From IMG/VR virus record IMGVR_UViG_3300022917_000004, positions 1 to 45,608 of that record: DNA of 45,608 nucleotides; one strand, 5' to 3'. A model generated the notes under the pieces. That model was not told where the DNA came from. It did no database searches and saw only the letters and a list, made by a program, of their open reading frames with translations. A program made the translations under genes and the position numbers. Shown here piece by piece: positions 15,632 through 26,300 of the stretch. This stretch comes from a virus. Every line of letters begins with the position of its first letter. The stretch's first letter is position 1.

Positions 15632-16495
15632 TCAGGCGACGTATTGCGGGATGCCCCGGTCGTCTGGGGCATTAGAGATCGCAACCAGTGTGTAGGCCGT
15701 CAGACCATCGGGCGGGGTCAGCGGCGCATAGGTGCCGCGAACATCGCCGGACGTACCAGTTGATGCGGTCGTGATGCCGACGATTGACGCACCGGTTGGC
15801 GCGGCAACAACGCCGTTTTTGACCTCGTAGATAAGCTGCGAGGCGCTAGCGATACGAGACGGGAAGCCAAGTTGGAGACCGTGGCCAACTGTAAGACCAG
15901 TGACAGCCACACTTAGGCGGACTTCCGTAATCGACGCGAACGCCTTTTTACCGGTGTGCGCCACGCCAGCCGCCGACAACTCTGTCAGCGGTTGACCGTC
16001 GACGTCGAAACCCCGGATCGTCATAACGCTTGTGTTCGTCCACGCCGCCACGATGTTGCGCGGTACGTCCGGAGTCTGGCCACGGGCACCGTTCAAGATA
16101 GCGGCGCTGGTCGTCGCTACTGACTGAGACAGCGCAAACGAGTTGGCTGCTGCGGCCAGGGGCGCACCAAAGTAGAGACCGATCAGCGGTGCTCGGACGA
16201 TCTGTCTATTAAGCGGCACATCGTCGTCGACGTCTGCGCCGAGAATATCCAGACCGAGCCGGACGTTTTCGCCAATCGGGAGTGTCGTCTGTCCGTTCCA
16301 CGTCACAGTCAAAGACGCCGTGAACGCGATGGTGAAGTCTTTGGGCGAAGAATACTCCGAACCCATCGCATACATTTTGTGATTGACCGCGTTGGCGAAG
16401 AACGCAGCAGACGTTCCAGCCGGATACGGCGCGGTAAACGTGCCCGCCAATGGAACGGCGGCCAGCAAGACGGTTGAAGTTACAGCCGAAGACAT
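15632..16495 (-). CDS. Virion protein, 287 aa, downstream of the major capsid gene (decoration or minor capsid candidate)
   Basis: ORF track; beta-rich, Ala/Thr/Gly-rich; followed by a strong terminator, suggesting high expression alongside the capsid. Confidence 0.45.
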   Translation of the reverse strand: MSSAVTSTVLLAAVPLAGTFTAPYPAGTSAAFFANAVNHKMYAMGSEYSSPKDFTIAFTASLTVTWNGQTTLPIGENVRLGLDILGADVDDDVPLNRQIVRAPLIGLYFGAPLAAAANSFALSQSVATTSAAILNGARGQTPDVPRNIVAAWTNTSVMTIRGFDVDGQPLTELSAAGVAHTGKKAFASITEVRLSVAVTGLTVGHGLQLGFPSRIASASQLIYEVKNGVVAAPTGASIVGITTASTGTSGDVRGTYAPLTPPDGLTAYTLVAISNAPDDRGIPQYVA

Positions 16496-16564
16496 GGGTT
16501 TACCCTTTCTCTCTGGGCGGAAGCGGTAAGCCGCCCGGTCTTTTAAGACCGAGCGGCCACTTGC

Positions 16565-17602
16565 TTACGCGATTGAGTAAACGCCGTGGCAGTTGCGCTG
16601 GTCAGTGACCAGCCCGCCCACCCACGTCTTCGCGCGGTAGAACACGTACTTGTCGTATGGACGCGACGGCGAGTGGTCGCGCATTGACTCGCCTTCAACG
16701 GCCATCGGGTAAATGTGCTTGGTGTCCAGGACGTAGAGATACTTGCTCTTGCCCTGGTCATCGAGCGACGGGTCGTACTTGATCGGCTTGCCCTTGAAGG
16801 CAATGTCGGTGATCGACGCGTCGATCATGCCCTTGTTGGCCCAGCCTTCGAGCGTGTAGTTGCCCTTGGCGCGCAGCTCTTTCTCGAAGAACTCCATGAA
16901 GTCGGAGCCAGCGAGCAGAAGGTTCGGGTTTCCGCCATAGCGACGGAGCTGCCGGAACTCTTTCTGCAAGAGCGTGACGACGCCCTGCAACGTCGCGTCA
17001 GCGGACGGGATCGCCAGCGACGCACGGTTGCGCCACCATGCGTTGGCGACCTGGTCGATACCGCCAACGGTCGCAGCCGCTGCCGGATTGTCGACCACGA
17101 ACGACTGCACGCCCGGCACCAACTTGGTGTCCGGCAAGCCGTCATCCCAGAACATGGTGTTCATGCCCTTGTCGGTGCCTTCCTGCATGTCCTCCAACTT
17201 GTCTTCCAGGAGGTTCGCAAGCCGGACTTCTTCGCTGTGCGTCGCGGTGGTCGAGCCGTCGTCGCTGTCGACGACGCTGATGCCGTTCTTAATGAGTTCG
17301 TGCATCGAGAACTGGATGCCCGAGTGGATCAGCTTGTAGGGGAATTTCGCAGTCTTGATGTTCTGCGGATCGCTGTAGGTGACGGGATCGTCATGCACGA
17401 ATCCCATGATGGTCGTCGTGTAGACGCCCTTCACGCGGACCGTGATAAATTCGAGACCGCCAGGGAAAGATTTCTCTTTCGCCATGAAGGCTTCGAGCAG
17501 CGGCTTGTCTTGAATGGTCGAAGACGTGATCTTGCCGCGACGGAAGTGATAGTCGATGGCCGCGTTAGCGGCGTTTTCGAGCTGAGCTGCGGTAAAAGGC
17601 AT
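16565..17602 (-). CDS. Major capsid protein, 345 aa
   Basis: Position after portal and scaffold; size typical of an HK97-fold MCP; hairpins downstream. Confidence 0.65.
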   Translation of the reverse strand: MPFTAAQLENAANAAIDYHFRRGKITSSTIQDKPLLEAFMAKEKSFPGGLEFITVRVKGVYTTTIMGFVHDDPVTYSDPQNIKTAKFPYKLIHSGIQFSMHELIKNGISVVDSDDGSTTATHSEEVRLANLLEDKLEDMQEGTDKGMNTMFWDDGLPDTKLVPGVQSFVVDNPAAAATVGGIDQVANAWWRNRASLAIPSADATLQGVVTLLQKEFRQLRRYGGNPNLLLAGSDFMEFFEKELRAKGNYTLEGWANKGMIDASITDIAFKGKPIKYDPSLDDQGKSKYLYVLDTKHIYPMAVEGESMRDHSPSRPYDKYVFYRAKTWVGGLVTDQRNCHGVYSIA

Positions 17603-17626
17603 GAGACGTGGTCCTATTCCAGACCG

Positions 17627-18652
17627 CTACGCCGAACCCCGTGTGCTCATGCGGATCGCTTCCAGCATGGATTTGGGTTCTGCAACGCTGCGGGTGGAAG
17701 ACGCACCGCCATTCGGCGCTCGCACTGCGCTTGGCTTTGGCATCAAGGCCCGCAAGTCGGTCGTCACACGCTCGTAAATGCGATTGAACATTTCGACGGC
17801 GTGTTGCGCGGACGGCGGCGGCCCCTTCTCCAGAACTTCGAGCTTCGCGAGTTCGTGAACGCGGGCAGACTTCCGGTTCCAATCTGGATCGCTTCCCGAT
17901 TTCGTCCGCTCCCACTCGTCGGCCGTACTGACCAACGACTGCATGTGGGTCACGCGGCGGGTCTCTTGGTCGGCCGCCTGACGCTCTTGCGCGGAATGTT
18001 GTTCGCGCGCCCTCGCGTGTGCCGCCTCGCTTCGAGACATAGCCAGATCGCGGGCGTGCTGTTCGGTGAGGTAGCCCTGGTTGACCTGCGTTTGCAGATC
18101 GTCGGGCAGCACCACCCCAGCCTGCCGTTGAAGCTGCTGGACTATCGGAGCGAGCTTCCGCAGTGCTTCGTGCGGATTGCCCTGCTTCATCGTGGTGGCG
18201 ATGTCGAAGACCGTATCGAGTTCGTCGGCCTTTAACTTCGTCGACCTGATGTAGTCGACCACCCTGTCGTACTCGACGACCCTGGCTTGCAGTGCTTCGT
18301 TCTGCTGTCCAAGTTCGCTGACGCGCGACGTCAGGCGCTCGAAGCTCTTTTTAGTCCGGCCCTTGAGCTGAGACCTTTCGGCCTCGGTCAACTCGTCGGG
18401 CGCTACCGCTTGCTCCCCCGTCTTTTCAGACGTCGGAGCGGCTTTGGTCGGGTCTTGATCCTGTGCAGAGGCTGGCGGGGCCTCGACCTCGTCTTTTGGT
18501 TTGAGCGCGGAGTGAACCGCCTCGACCATCGACTTTGGTGCGCCGGTATCTGTTTCCGCTGGCGACGACTCAGCAGGCGCTACGTCGGGTGCGGTCTGGG
18601 CTAAGCCATCGACCGGAGGTGTTGATTCGGGGGACGAATCCGAATCGGCCAT
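17627..18652 (-). CDS. Scaffolding protein, 341 aa
   Basis: Acidic Pro/Ala/Glu-rich N-terminus, then long charged helical segments; located between portal and capsid. Confidence 0.6.
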   Translation of the reverse strand: MADSDSSPESTPPVDGLAQTAPDVAPAESSPAETDTGAPKSMVEAVHSALKPKDEVEAPPASAQDQDPTKAAPTSEKTGEQAVAPDELTEAERSQLKGRTKKSFERLTSRVSELGQQNEALQARVVEYDRVVDYIRSTKLKADELDTVFDIATTMKQGNPHEALRKLAPIVQQLQRQAGVVLPDDLQTQVNQGYLTEQHARDLAMSRSEAAHARAREQHSAQERQAADQETRRVTHMQSLVSTADEWERTKSGSDPDWNRKSARVHELAKLEVLEKGPPPSAQHAVEMFNRIYERVTTDLRALMPKPSAVRAPNGGASSTRSVAEPKSMLEAIRMSTRGSA

Positions 18653-18766
18653 TTACGTCTCTCCGAGACACTCCCAAACGACTCGTTGTTGAGTTGTAGG
18701 GCGTCAACGCCCGCATTTCTCACAGACACAGACGCGCTAGTCAAGTTTGCGCGTCTGTTGGGTCTG

Positions 18767-20908
18767 TTATTGCATCGTCGCGCCACCGGCCGGATAGCCA
18801 GGTTGTGGACCCGGTTGATTCGCTACGGGCTTCTCCGCGTTCTGCTTTCCTTGTCCACCCTGTGCAGACGGGTCCGATTGCGCGCCTTGGCCCGCGCCGC
18901 CCATGCCTGGAGGGCCTGCGAGCTGGTTCTGTGCGGCGATGGAGGGCAGACCGGCCTTGTAGAGATCCGCGATGTTAAGGTCGAGTAGATCCGCGTATTT
19001 CTTCGCCAACGGTTTAGGCGAAACTCCAGGGATTTGAAGCACATACGGGGCTGCTCGCTCCAGGTTGGCCAATTCGGCGGCCTTGTTGGGCCGCCCAGAC
19101 GAGCCAGCCTCGACTTCCAATTCCAGGTCTTTGGCGATGGTCTCGCGCGTCGGTCTGGTATCCGGCCAGACAGCGCCGGGTCCGACGATCTCGATGACGG
19201 TCTCTTTTTCGAGTTCGAGCATCATCAAATGGCCGGTTGCTTTGGCCAATTCGCCAAGGAAATCATCAAGCTCGTCGACGTTGTCGGCCTGCGAGGCGCT
19301 ACGCGCACTTTCTGCGATAGAGTTTTCTGTCGCGGTGCCGCCGCTCACACCGCCCATCGCGGCCTCGGACGACCCAACAGACCGCAGAATGTCTTTGTGG
19401 TGTTCCTCGACCTGGTACTGGTTCGGATCAATGCCGGTGTGGTCGAACTTCTGGATTTTCTTGGCGATGTCTTCGCCAACTTGCAGACCTTGCAGCTCCA
19501 GGATCGCGTGCGCCTCGGAGTTGGCGATCTTCGCCTTGTCCTGTTCCTCCAGCGAGCCAGCGCCGGTCACGTATTTCGGCCGGTTGGCGTTGCGGTGCTC
19601 CCGCAGACCCTGGCGCGCACGGTTCACGTCTTTTTGCGGATGCCGCATCAGCCAGACGTCAGACGGCGGAAAGGCTTCTTCCTCGTTTTCGACTTCGTTG
19701 AAAACCAGCGGGAAAAGATTCCAGAAACGCTCCAGTTTGACTGACGGCTCCTGTGGCTCAGATACAAAATCCGGATAGCCCTCCGCGATTGCAAGCTGCT
19801 GTTTATTAGTTTCATCGAAGATTTCCCAGACGCAGACTTCGGCGGTCTTGCTCTTGCGCCGGTCTTGTTTGCCGTTCTCGTCGGTCCGGTACCGCTTGGT
19901 GTAGAGATCACCGATTTTCACGCCGTAGGTTGAAAAGACGCGTTCTGGCGTCATCATGTATTCGCGCGCGTACCAGCCAGCGCCTTCCATCGTTTTGACG
20001 TGGGTCACGCCTGGATCAATGATGATGTCGCGCACTTTTGGCCAAGCAAATACCGGACCTTCGCGGACCACGATCATTTCCTTGTTCTGTAGGTCTTGAA
20101 GGTTGAGACGGAGCTGCTCCAGCTCAGCGTTGCCGTCTGGAACTTTGTCGTCGCCAACTTTTTCCAAAGTGGCTTCGACCGATTTGATCTTGGACGTCAC
20201 GTCCTGAATCTTTGCGGACACGTCCGGGTTAGGCTCAAGGATACGCTGGTAGCCAAGTTGGCAATACGCTGCGCCCGCGACCTTCGCCCGGCGCACCAGC
20301 GCCTTCATCTGTGATTTGAAATTGGTCGCCTGTTCCTTGGTGTAGTAGTCCCACAAAATCTCCAAGGTCTTGCCGAGCTTCTCGACCATCTGCTCGTACT
20401 GCGAGACCTCTTTGATCTCCTGCAAAACCGCAAGATCGTTCGGGTCTGGGCCAGGGACCATCTGGCCCATCGCCGCCATCTGCTGTTGCATCATGATCTT
20501 TTGGATGATGCCTTCGATCTGCTCCTGCGAGCCATCCCAGAGCGAGTACATCAGTTTGGTGCGCGGCTTCGCGGCGACGCGCGGGTCTTTCGCGTAAAGC
20601 GTCGCGACCGCCTGATTGATATGCCGCGGAATCACAGGGACCGTGTACGAGTCCGCTGCAACCCAATCTTTATCGGCCCCGGCGAACGCGAGCTGCTCGC
20701 ACTCGCGCGTGCGCTTGAAGAACTTCTCCCAATGCTTTTTGGCGGACTTGAGCTTGTCTTCCCACTGCGTAATGAGCGCGGCACGCGCGGGATCGACCTC
20801 GGGCACGTCATCCCAAGCTGGCTTCTTCGCCGGGGCTTGCATCCCAAGAGCTTCGGTCGCGTTCATCGCGCCGCCCGCTGGTTCGCCGCCGTAGGTGTCA
20901 GACATCAC
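18767..20908 (-). CDS. Portal protein, 713 aa
   Basis: Directly downstream of and overlapping terL; size; start GTG 20908 or ATG 20905 (TGATG overlap with the terL stop). Confidence 0.7.
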   Translation of the reverse strand: MMSDTYGGEPAGGAMNATEALGMQAPAKKPAWDDVPEVDPARAALITQWEDKLKSAKKHWEKFFKRTRECEQLAFAGADKDWVAADSYTVPVIPRHINQAVATLYAKDPRVAAKPRTKLMYSLWDGSQEQIEGIIQKIMMQQQMAAMGQMVPGPDPNDLAVLQEIKEVSQYEQMVEKLGKTLEILWDYYTKEQATNFKSQMKALVRRAKVAGAAYCQLGYQRILEPNPDVSAKIQDVTSKIKSVEATLEKVGDDKVPDGNAELEQLRLNLQDLQNKEMIVVREGPVFAWPKVRDIIIDPGVTHVKTMEGAGWYAREYMMTPERVFSTYGVKIGDLYTKRYRTDENGKQDRRKSKTAEVCVWEIFDETNKQQLAIAEGYPDFVSEPQEPSVKLERFWNLFPLVFNEVENEEEAFPPSDVWLMRHPQKDVNRARQGLREHRNANRPKYVTGAGSLEEQDKAKIANSEAHAILELQGLQVGEDIAKKIQKFDHTGIDPNQYQVEEHHKDILRSVGSSEAAMGGVSGGTATENSIAESARSASQADNVDELDDFLGELAKATGHLMMLELEKETVIEIVGPGAVWPDTRPTRETIAKDLELEVEAGSSGRPNKAAELANLERAAPYVLQIPGVSPKPLAKKYADLLDLNIADLYKAGLPSIAAQNQLAGPPGMGGAGQGAQSDPSAQGGQGKQNAEKPVANQPGPQPGYPAGGATMQ

Positions 20909-23346
20909 CAGCCCTTTACCAATTTGAGGCGTGTACCTTCACGCGTCTTCGCCTGGGCGTTTTCCAAGATCCACTGGATCGAGCCGCTCGCGTGTTTGGC
21001 GCGCGGGATCGACCGGATCGTCGGCCGGATCTCTTTGTTCAATCCCATGCCGATGTGCGCCAGCCAATCGACAAAGTCATCATTAGCGCCAGCCGGAAAG
21101 CGCAGAAGCTGCGCCCTCGCGGCTGGCCACCAAGGCGCACGGCGGGGGAACCGCACCTTACGCATCCGCATCCGGCCCTGGATGGATCTTGCTCTCAGCG
21201 ATTTGTCTTTAGACGGCGTCACCGCGTCTACAGACGTGTAGATCTTTTCCTCGCGCATCCGCTTGTAGAGGAACGGGCCAAACGACTTCGAAATAAGCTC
21301 GCTCTCCATCCACCAGAGTAGCGGTTTGTGCAAAGCGAACTGCGCCAGCATTTCCTCGACGGTGCGATCAGTCTCCAATCGGTCCCAGACCAGATCAGGC
21401 AATACCCAAAGATCATCATTTTCGTCGACGCCCACGCAGCCGAGCACAGTGTAGTCACGCCCTTGTGCTTTCGAGACGGCGTGGTCCGACGCGCCGTATT
21501 TGCGGAGCTGCTTCGGCAGCTCGCTCATGTCGTATTCGACAATGTCTTCGGCGCGGAAATACGAGCCATCGTCCGGCGATGGCTTGCCCATGCGTAGCGC
21601 GGAGAAGCCGACCGGGTCGTTGTGCTTTGCTTCGGCCAAGAAAGTCAGCGGAAACTTTTCTTCCCACAGCGACGCCATCGGCTGGGTGCCGAACTCGCGG
21701 ACGATGATCGGATCTGTCTGGACACGAAGCTCCAACTCCAGCGCCTTGGCCAAGCCAGTTTCAGTGACGACAGCGGGAATGTTGAAGTAATCCCACTTTT
21801 CCTCGATGCCCTGGTAGCCGCCATCGGCGACGGGTCTTTTTCGTCCGGGATGGTCTGGGTCGCAAAGACGGCCGATTAGGTCGTCTTCGTGCCATCTCGT
21901 GTTCGAAGTCCACAGACCGTTGGCGAGAAAATTATGCGTTCCGTCGACCGTCAGGTCGTAGACTCGTTCCACACCAAACGAAGTTACGCTCTCGACAACG
22001 TCAGTATCGGGTTCTGACGTAGTCGATGGCGCGTTCCAGAATTTCGGTATCTCTAGTTCGGCCTGCGATTCGGTTGCAATCGTTGCATAGGAGTCCGCGC
22101 AGTTTTCCCGTCGTATGATTGTGGTCGGGAACGAGGTTTGTGACCCAATGCCGTGGCCTGCCAACGCTCCCGTCAGTCCGGCAAATGGCGCAAAGCCCAC
22201 CTTGCTCAGCGAACATGCGGTCGAAACTCTCCGCATCAATTCCGTAGCGGCGCTTACGGCGAAGCTCCAAACGCCTCGATGAATTGACTGAGGGCGGTCT
22301 TGACCCGGAAGCCCACTTCGCCTTGGCGTAGTGCGTACTGCACAGCCCTCGACATTTCGCGGGGACTGAGCAGTCGTCGGCCGAACAGATGAGTCCTTTG
22401 TACGAACCGCGCTTTGCGCCACGATACGCATCCCACGCCGCAAGTTTCTTGTTCTTACCCACCGCAACCCCCCGTCTGAAAGAACCAGAAACGGATGCCG
22501 CGCGTTCGCTCGGACTTCCGTTCCACTCGTTCTAATCAAATAGGTTTGGTCATTACCAACGTCAATGGCGGCGGTAACTTTTCGGCCGACAGTTTTTAAC
22601 CCATCCCAAGAGACAACCCGGTCGCCCGGCGCGACTGCGTCCAGACGCTTAGAACTTCCGTCAGCCATCGAGATTTGTGTGTCGCCGGTCAGGCAATGGA
22701 CGACCACTATGGGCGTCTTGCCGTGGCAGCGTGTGAAGACGACACGATTGAACCATTTCCAAATCTTGTCACGGTACGTTGGGCTGTTCGCGTCTTCGTC
22801 GTTACGAATTGGATCGTCGACAAAGAAGAAATCGGCGGGCTTACCAGTGCCCGAGCCGCCAACACCAACGAACGCAAGTTTCCCACGCTGTTGCGTAATG
22901 AGAAGATCTTTCGACGCGCCGCCTTTATCCAGCTTGTACTCTGGAAATACTTGGGCGTAGCCAGCACTGTTGATGAGTTGCCGAACGTCGTCGCCAAACT
23001 CATTGGCAAAGTCCTGATTATACGCGCCGACCATGATGTGGCGGCGTGGATCTCTACCGGAAATCCACGCCGGACCTCCCCGAGTCAAAACCTGGCTCTT
23101 TCCCGTCTGCGGTGAGATCGAGACGGCAACGCGCTTGCGCTTGCCCTTCTCGACGTCTTCCAAGATCTCGCAAAGTAGTTTCGCCTGGGGCGTGACCGTG
23201 TAGAGCGACTTGGTGACGTCGTCCAAGGAATTAGGATCTGGCATCGTCAAGCGCATGAACGGAAGCAGTTTGTTGTGCGCGTCTTTAATCGCCAAAAGAC
23301 GACGCGCTGCGTGGAGCAGCTCGTGCTTGGCGGCGCTCACTAACAT
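20905..23346 (-). CDS. terL: Terminase large subunit interrupted by a 265-aa intein (mature TerL about 548 aa)
   Basis: Walker A SPQTGKS, Walker B FFFVDD, then TRWHEDDL after the insertion; C-terminal nuclease region with ...GASDHAVS... and VLGCVGVDENDDLWVL. Confidence 0.85.
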   Translation of the reverse strand: MLVSAAKHELLHAARRLLAIKDAHNKLLPFMRLTMPDPNSLDDVTKSLYTVTPQAKLLCEILEDVEKGKRKRVAVSISPQTGKSQVLTRGGPAWISGRDPRRHIMVGAYNQDFANEFGDDVRQLINSAGYAQVFPEYKLDKGGASKDLLITQQRGKLAFVGVGGSGTGKPADFFFVDDPIRNDEDANSPTYRDKIWKWFNRVVFTRCHGKTPIVVVHCLTGDTQISMADGSSKRLDAVAPGDRVVSWDGLKTVGRKVTAAIDVGNDQTYLIRTSGTEVRANARHPFLVLSDGGLRWVRTRNLRRGMRIVAQSAVRTKDSSVRPTTAQSPRNVEGCAVRTTPRRSGLPGQDRPQSIHRGVWSFAVSAATELMRRVSTACSLSKVGFAPFAGLTGALAGHGIGSQTSFPTTIIRRENCADSYATIATESQAELEIPKFWNAPSTTSEPDTDVVESVTSFGVERVYDLTVDGTHNFLANGLWTSNTRWHEDDLIGRLCDPDHPGRKRPVADGGYQGIEEKWDYFNIPAVVTETGLAKALELELRVQTDPIIVREFGTQPMASLWEEKFPLTFLAEAKHNDPVGFSALRMGKPSPDDGSYFRAEDIVEYDMSELPKQLRKYGASDHAVSKAQGRDYTVLGCVGVDENDDLWVLPDLVWDRLETDRTVEEMLAQFALHKPLLWWMESELISKSFGPFLYKRMREEKIYTSVDAVTPSKDKSLRARSIQGRMRMRKVRFPRRAPWWPAARAQLLRFPAGANDDFVDWLAHIGMGLNKEIRPTIRSIPRAKHASGSIQWILENAQAKTREGTRLKLVKGW
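21901..22695 (-). mobile_element. Intein within terL (residues 218-482 by my count)
   Basis: Starts CLTGDTQI directly after IVVVH; block B-like ARHPFLV; ends VYDLTVDGTHNFLANGLWTSN with +1 Thr of TRWHEDD. Confidence 0.8.
22001..22462 (-). CDS. Homing endonuclease of the T4 endonuclease VII family, 153 aa, encoded inside the intein in a different reading frame
   Basis: RRYGIDAESFDRMFAEQGGLCAICR...LVPDHNHTTGKLRGLLCNDCNRIAG signature; N-terminal C..C...C..H finger; GTG start with GGGGGG 5 nt upstream; frame offset 2 relative to terL. Confidence 0.75.
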   Translation of the reverse strand: MGKNKKLAAWDAYRGAKRGSYKGLICSADDCSVPAKCRGLCSTHYAKAKWASGSRPPSVNSSRRLELRRKRRYGIDAESFDRMFAEQGGLCAICRTDGSVGRPRHWVTNLVPDHNHTTGKLRGLLCNDCNRIAGRTRDTEILERAIDYVRTRY

Positions 23347-23364
23347 TGTTGTGTTCTCCGCTGT

Positions 23365-26300
23365 TTACGCTGGCCGCGCCTCTAGCTTGCCTTCAAGGTC
23401 AGCGACGCGCGCCCGCAGCGCCTTCAACTCTTGCAGAAGCACCGGGACATATTTGCTGTAGTCCACGCCCCACCAATCAGCTTCTTTGTTGTAAGTGATC
23501 GCGGTTGGATAAACCTCGTTCGCCTGCTGCGCGACGATGCCGTAGGACCGTTCGCCCGTTGTTTTCCACGCGAAATCATAGACGTTCGTGTTGTCCACTA
23601 TGTTGCCAGCGTCGAACGACTTGAGGTCTTCCTTAAGCCGCGCGTCGGACGATGTGTTGTAGGACACCGATGAGGTGGCCTGCGAAATTGAACCCGTCAG
23701 CGCGGTGCTGGCATTCAAAAAGACCATTGGCCCGACACCGCCAGACGTATCGGTGGCCGATTTAAATGCCATGCCGTAGGATGTACTGCTACCCGGATAC
23801 TTAAGGCCAACCGAGGCGTTGAAACCAAAATCGGCAGCAACCGCACCACCAAACAGCGTATTGAATACAGCGGTATCATCCACCTTGAGTTGGAACGTAC
23901 GCAGCCGGGCGTTCAACGATATGTTGGCGAAATAACTATTGATGACGCGCCAAGCATCGTGGTTTGGTACGCCGCCCTCCCACACCTGTTGACCGAGCGG
24001 AAAATAGCAGTTGAGGGCGGTGCCGAGCAGCCGCGCACCGGCCAGCATTGGCCGTGCCATTTCCTTGGCAACCAATCCATTGAAATTGACATGAGGTTGG
24101 ATTGGCGACACCCAACCCATTGCCGCGCTGCCCAACTCGGCCCAGTATTGCACGCCTGCTGAGCAAGTGCCGGTGATAGTCCCGTCGATTTCCACCACCA
24201 CGTCATGCAGCGTGGCAGGCGTGCCAAGCACTTGCGTGCCGCCCGAACTCTTGTAGCTGTGCAACACCATCAACGATTGCGTCGATGGCGTTGCGCCGAT
24301 TTGCACGTCGAGGTGCAACTTGCAGCGGATTTTGCAGCCACCTTCAAATGACGCAGGCAAGCCTTGCTGTGCCGTTATTGCAATCAAGAAATTTGTAAAG
24401 GGTGTGGTGCCGCGCGTCCTAAGCCAGATTTCACTTTCAGTGTAGCTCGCATTCACATCAGTGGCCGGATAAGCATACCCCGCCACCATCACCGCCTGAT
24501 TGACAAAGTTATCAACATCAACGCGCGCTTTGAGGCCACGACAGCCATAGCAAATGATTGCGCGGCCAACGTGATTGCAAACCACGTCGTAGGTGCAATC
24601 ATCGCCGTCATATTGGCCATCAATCGCATAATACAATTCAGAAATCTTGCCGGTGAATGTCAAGTTAGAGCAGCGCGGCGCAGCGCCAGCCGCGCGCACA
24701 CAACCAAACCCAGTGTGGCCGCCAGCCAGATCGCCATTCAAAAAGTGAATGCTTTTCGATCCATTCTCGCACAGCACATGGCGCAAATTCCCAACCGTAA
24801 AATCGGTGTAACCATAATCGTGTACCGACTTGAAGCCTTGCACCCACACATCGCGGCAGGCGTTGAAGCGCACCACGATGGTGCTGGATGCTGTCGGATA
24901 TTTGATATGCAAATAAGCGCCGTTGAAATACCAGCGCAGCCCCTTCACTGATGCAAACGGCATCAACACGGTGCCGGTGGTGGAGATAGAGGCGTTGGTC
25001 GGCCAGACGATGTATTCTTGATTGGGATAGCAATGCAGCGTCAGCCCGCCGCCGACTGCGTTGACGTAATTCGCCAAAGCTAAAAACGCCAACGTGTCAT
25101 CGTTGGCGGCACCACCTTTGATGCCAACCGCTTCGATGAACATGTCGTCTTGCTGTTGCGACAGGTGCCATGAAACGCCACCCCCGTCTGTCACTGGCAA
25201 GCGAGCCGCCACGCTGCCGCGCTCATACCATGCGGGTGCGTGCGGATGCGCCGCCGAATAGCGGCCAATCCGAATGCGCGAAACCGTCGCCGGAATAATT
25301 TTGCCCGCCAGATCGGTGCGGCTTTCAACTTCGATGCTGCCACCGCCGCCGCTGCCACCGCCGCTAACCGCGTCAACGTATTGCTTGGTGGCGGCGTGCA
25401 GAGGATTGATTGGATCGCCAAGCAGCTTGAGGCGTCCCGCCGCGCCCTCAAGCCGCATCATTTCAACGCCGGTCGCGGTGAAGTTGCCTGATGCGTTAAA
25501 TACTAGATCGGCGCTTGAGGTTGGGGCTACGAGTTGCATTCCCATCCGGCAGACAGTTTTGGTCAGGTCGCCATTCAGCGTCCAATCAATGGCGGCGATG
25601 TTAGGGAAATCCGCAAATCCGCCGTCAATTCCTAAAAACGGTACCGCATTGTCCGGGATAGCCATCTGCCTAGCAATACGCAGCGGACCCGTCATGCCGT
25701 CGCCCGTCTTGGCGACTTTGGTGTCGGCATACGATTTGTTAACGACGTGGCTGGGGCTAGTCGGCACCCCGTCGGTACTCGGGACATTCTGACCCCGAAC
25801 TATGTAGAGTGGATTGAGCGCCGTACCCGCATCATTCCATCCGGTGACAACAAAATTGTCGCTAGCGCTGCCATCGCCGTAGATCACTTGCCAGCGGTTT
25901 ACACCAGCACGTTGACCGCGCACCGCGTTCGCAAAAGACTCGGCAGCATTTAAGAATAAAAAATTATGATAGGCTGGAGCGGCAAGCGTTAAATTCCCAG
26001 TCATGGTGTCGCCAGCCTTGGCGACCTTTTCGGTGTCCAGCTCTTGGATCGCCACCTGCACGTTGTTCGCGGCGACGTTTCCAGACGGCGTGAACGGAAT
26101 ACCGGCCGCGCTGGTCGCGGCGACCGCGATCCAGCCCGCGTCTTTTCGTCCGTAGGTCGAGCCGTTGATCGGCGCTTCGGCTATGCCGCCAACAACGGTG
26201 GTCGTGCCTGCATCGCCCGCGCGGGTGAACTCCACGTTGAGCGTGTCCAAAGACGCAAAAGACCCGGAGTGGGTGACGTAGCTCACTGGCACTTGTAGCC

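Noticed and set aside
16515-16551. Hairpins just after the major capsid gene (GGGCGG/CCGCCC and the CGGTCTT..AAGACCG palindrome) as a terminator.
   Set aside because: No U-tract follows on the transcribed (minus) strand. They may be an RNA stability or attenuation element, but a terminator call is not supported. The clear terminator is further downstream at 15597..15627.
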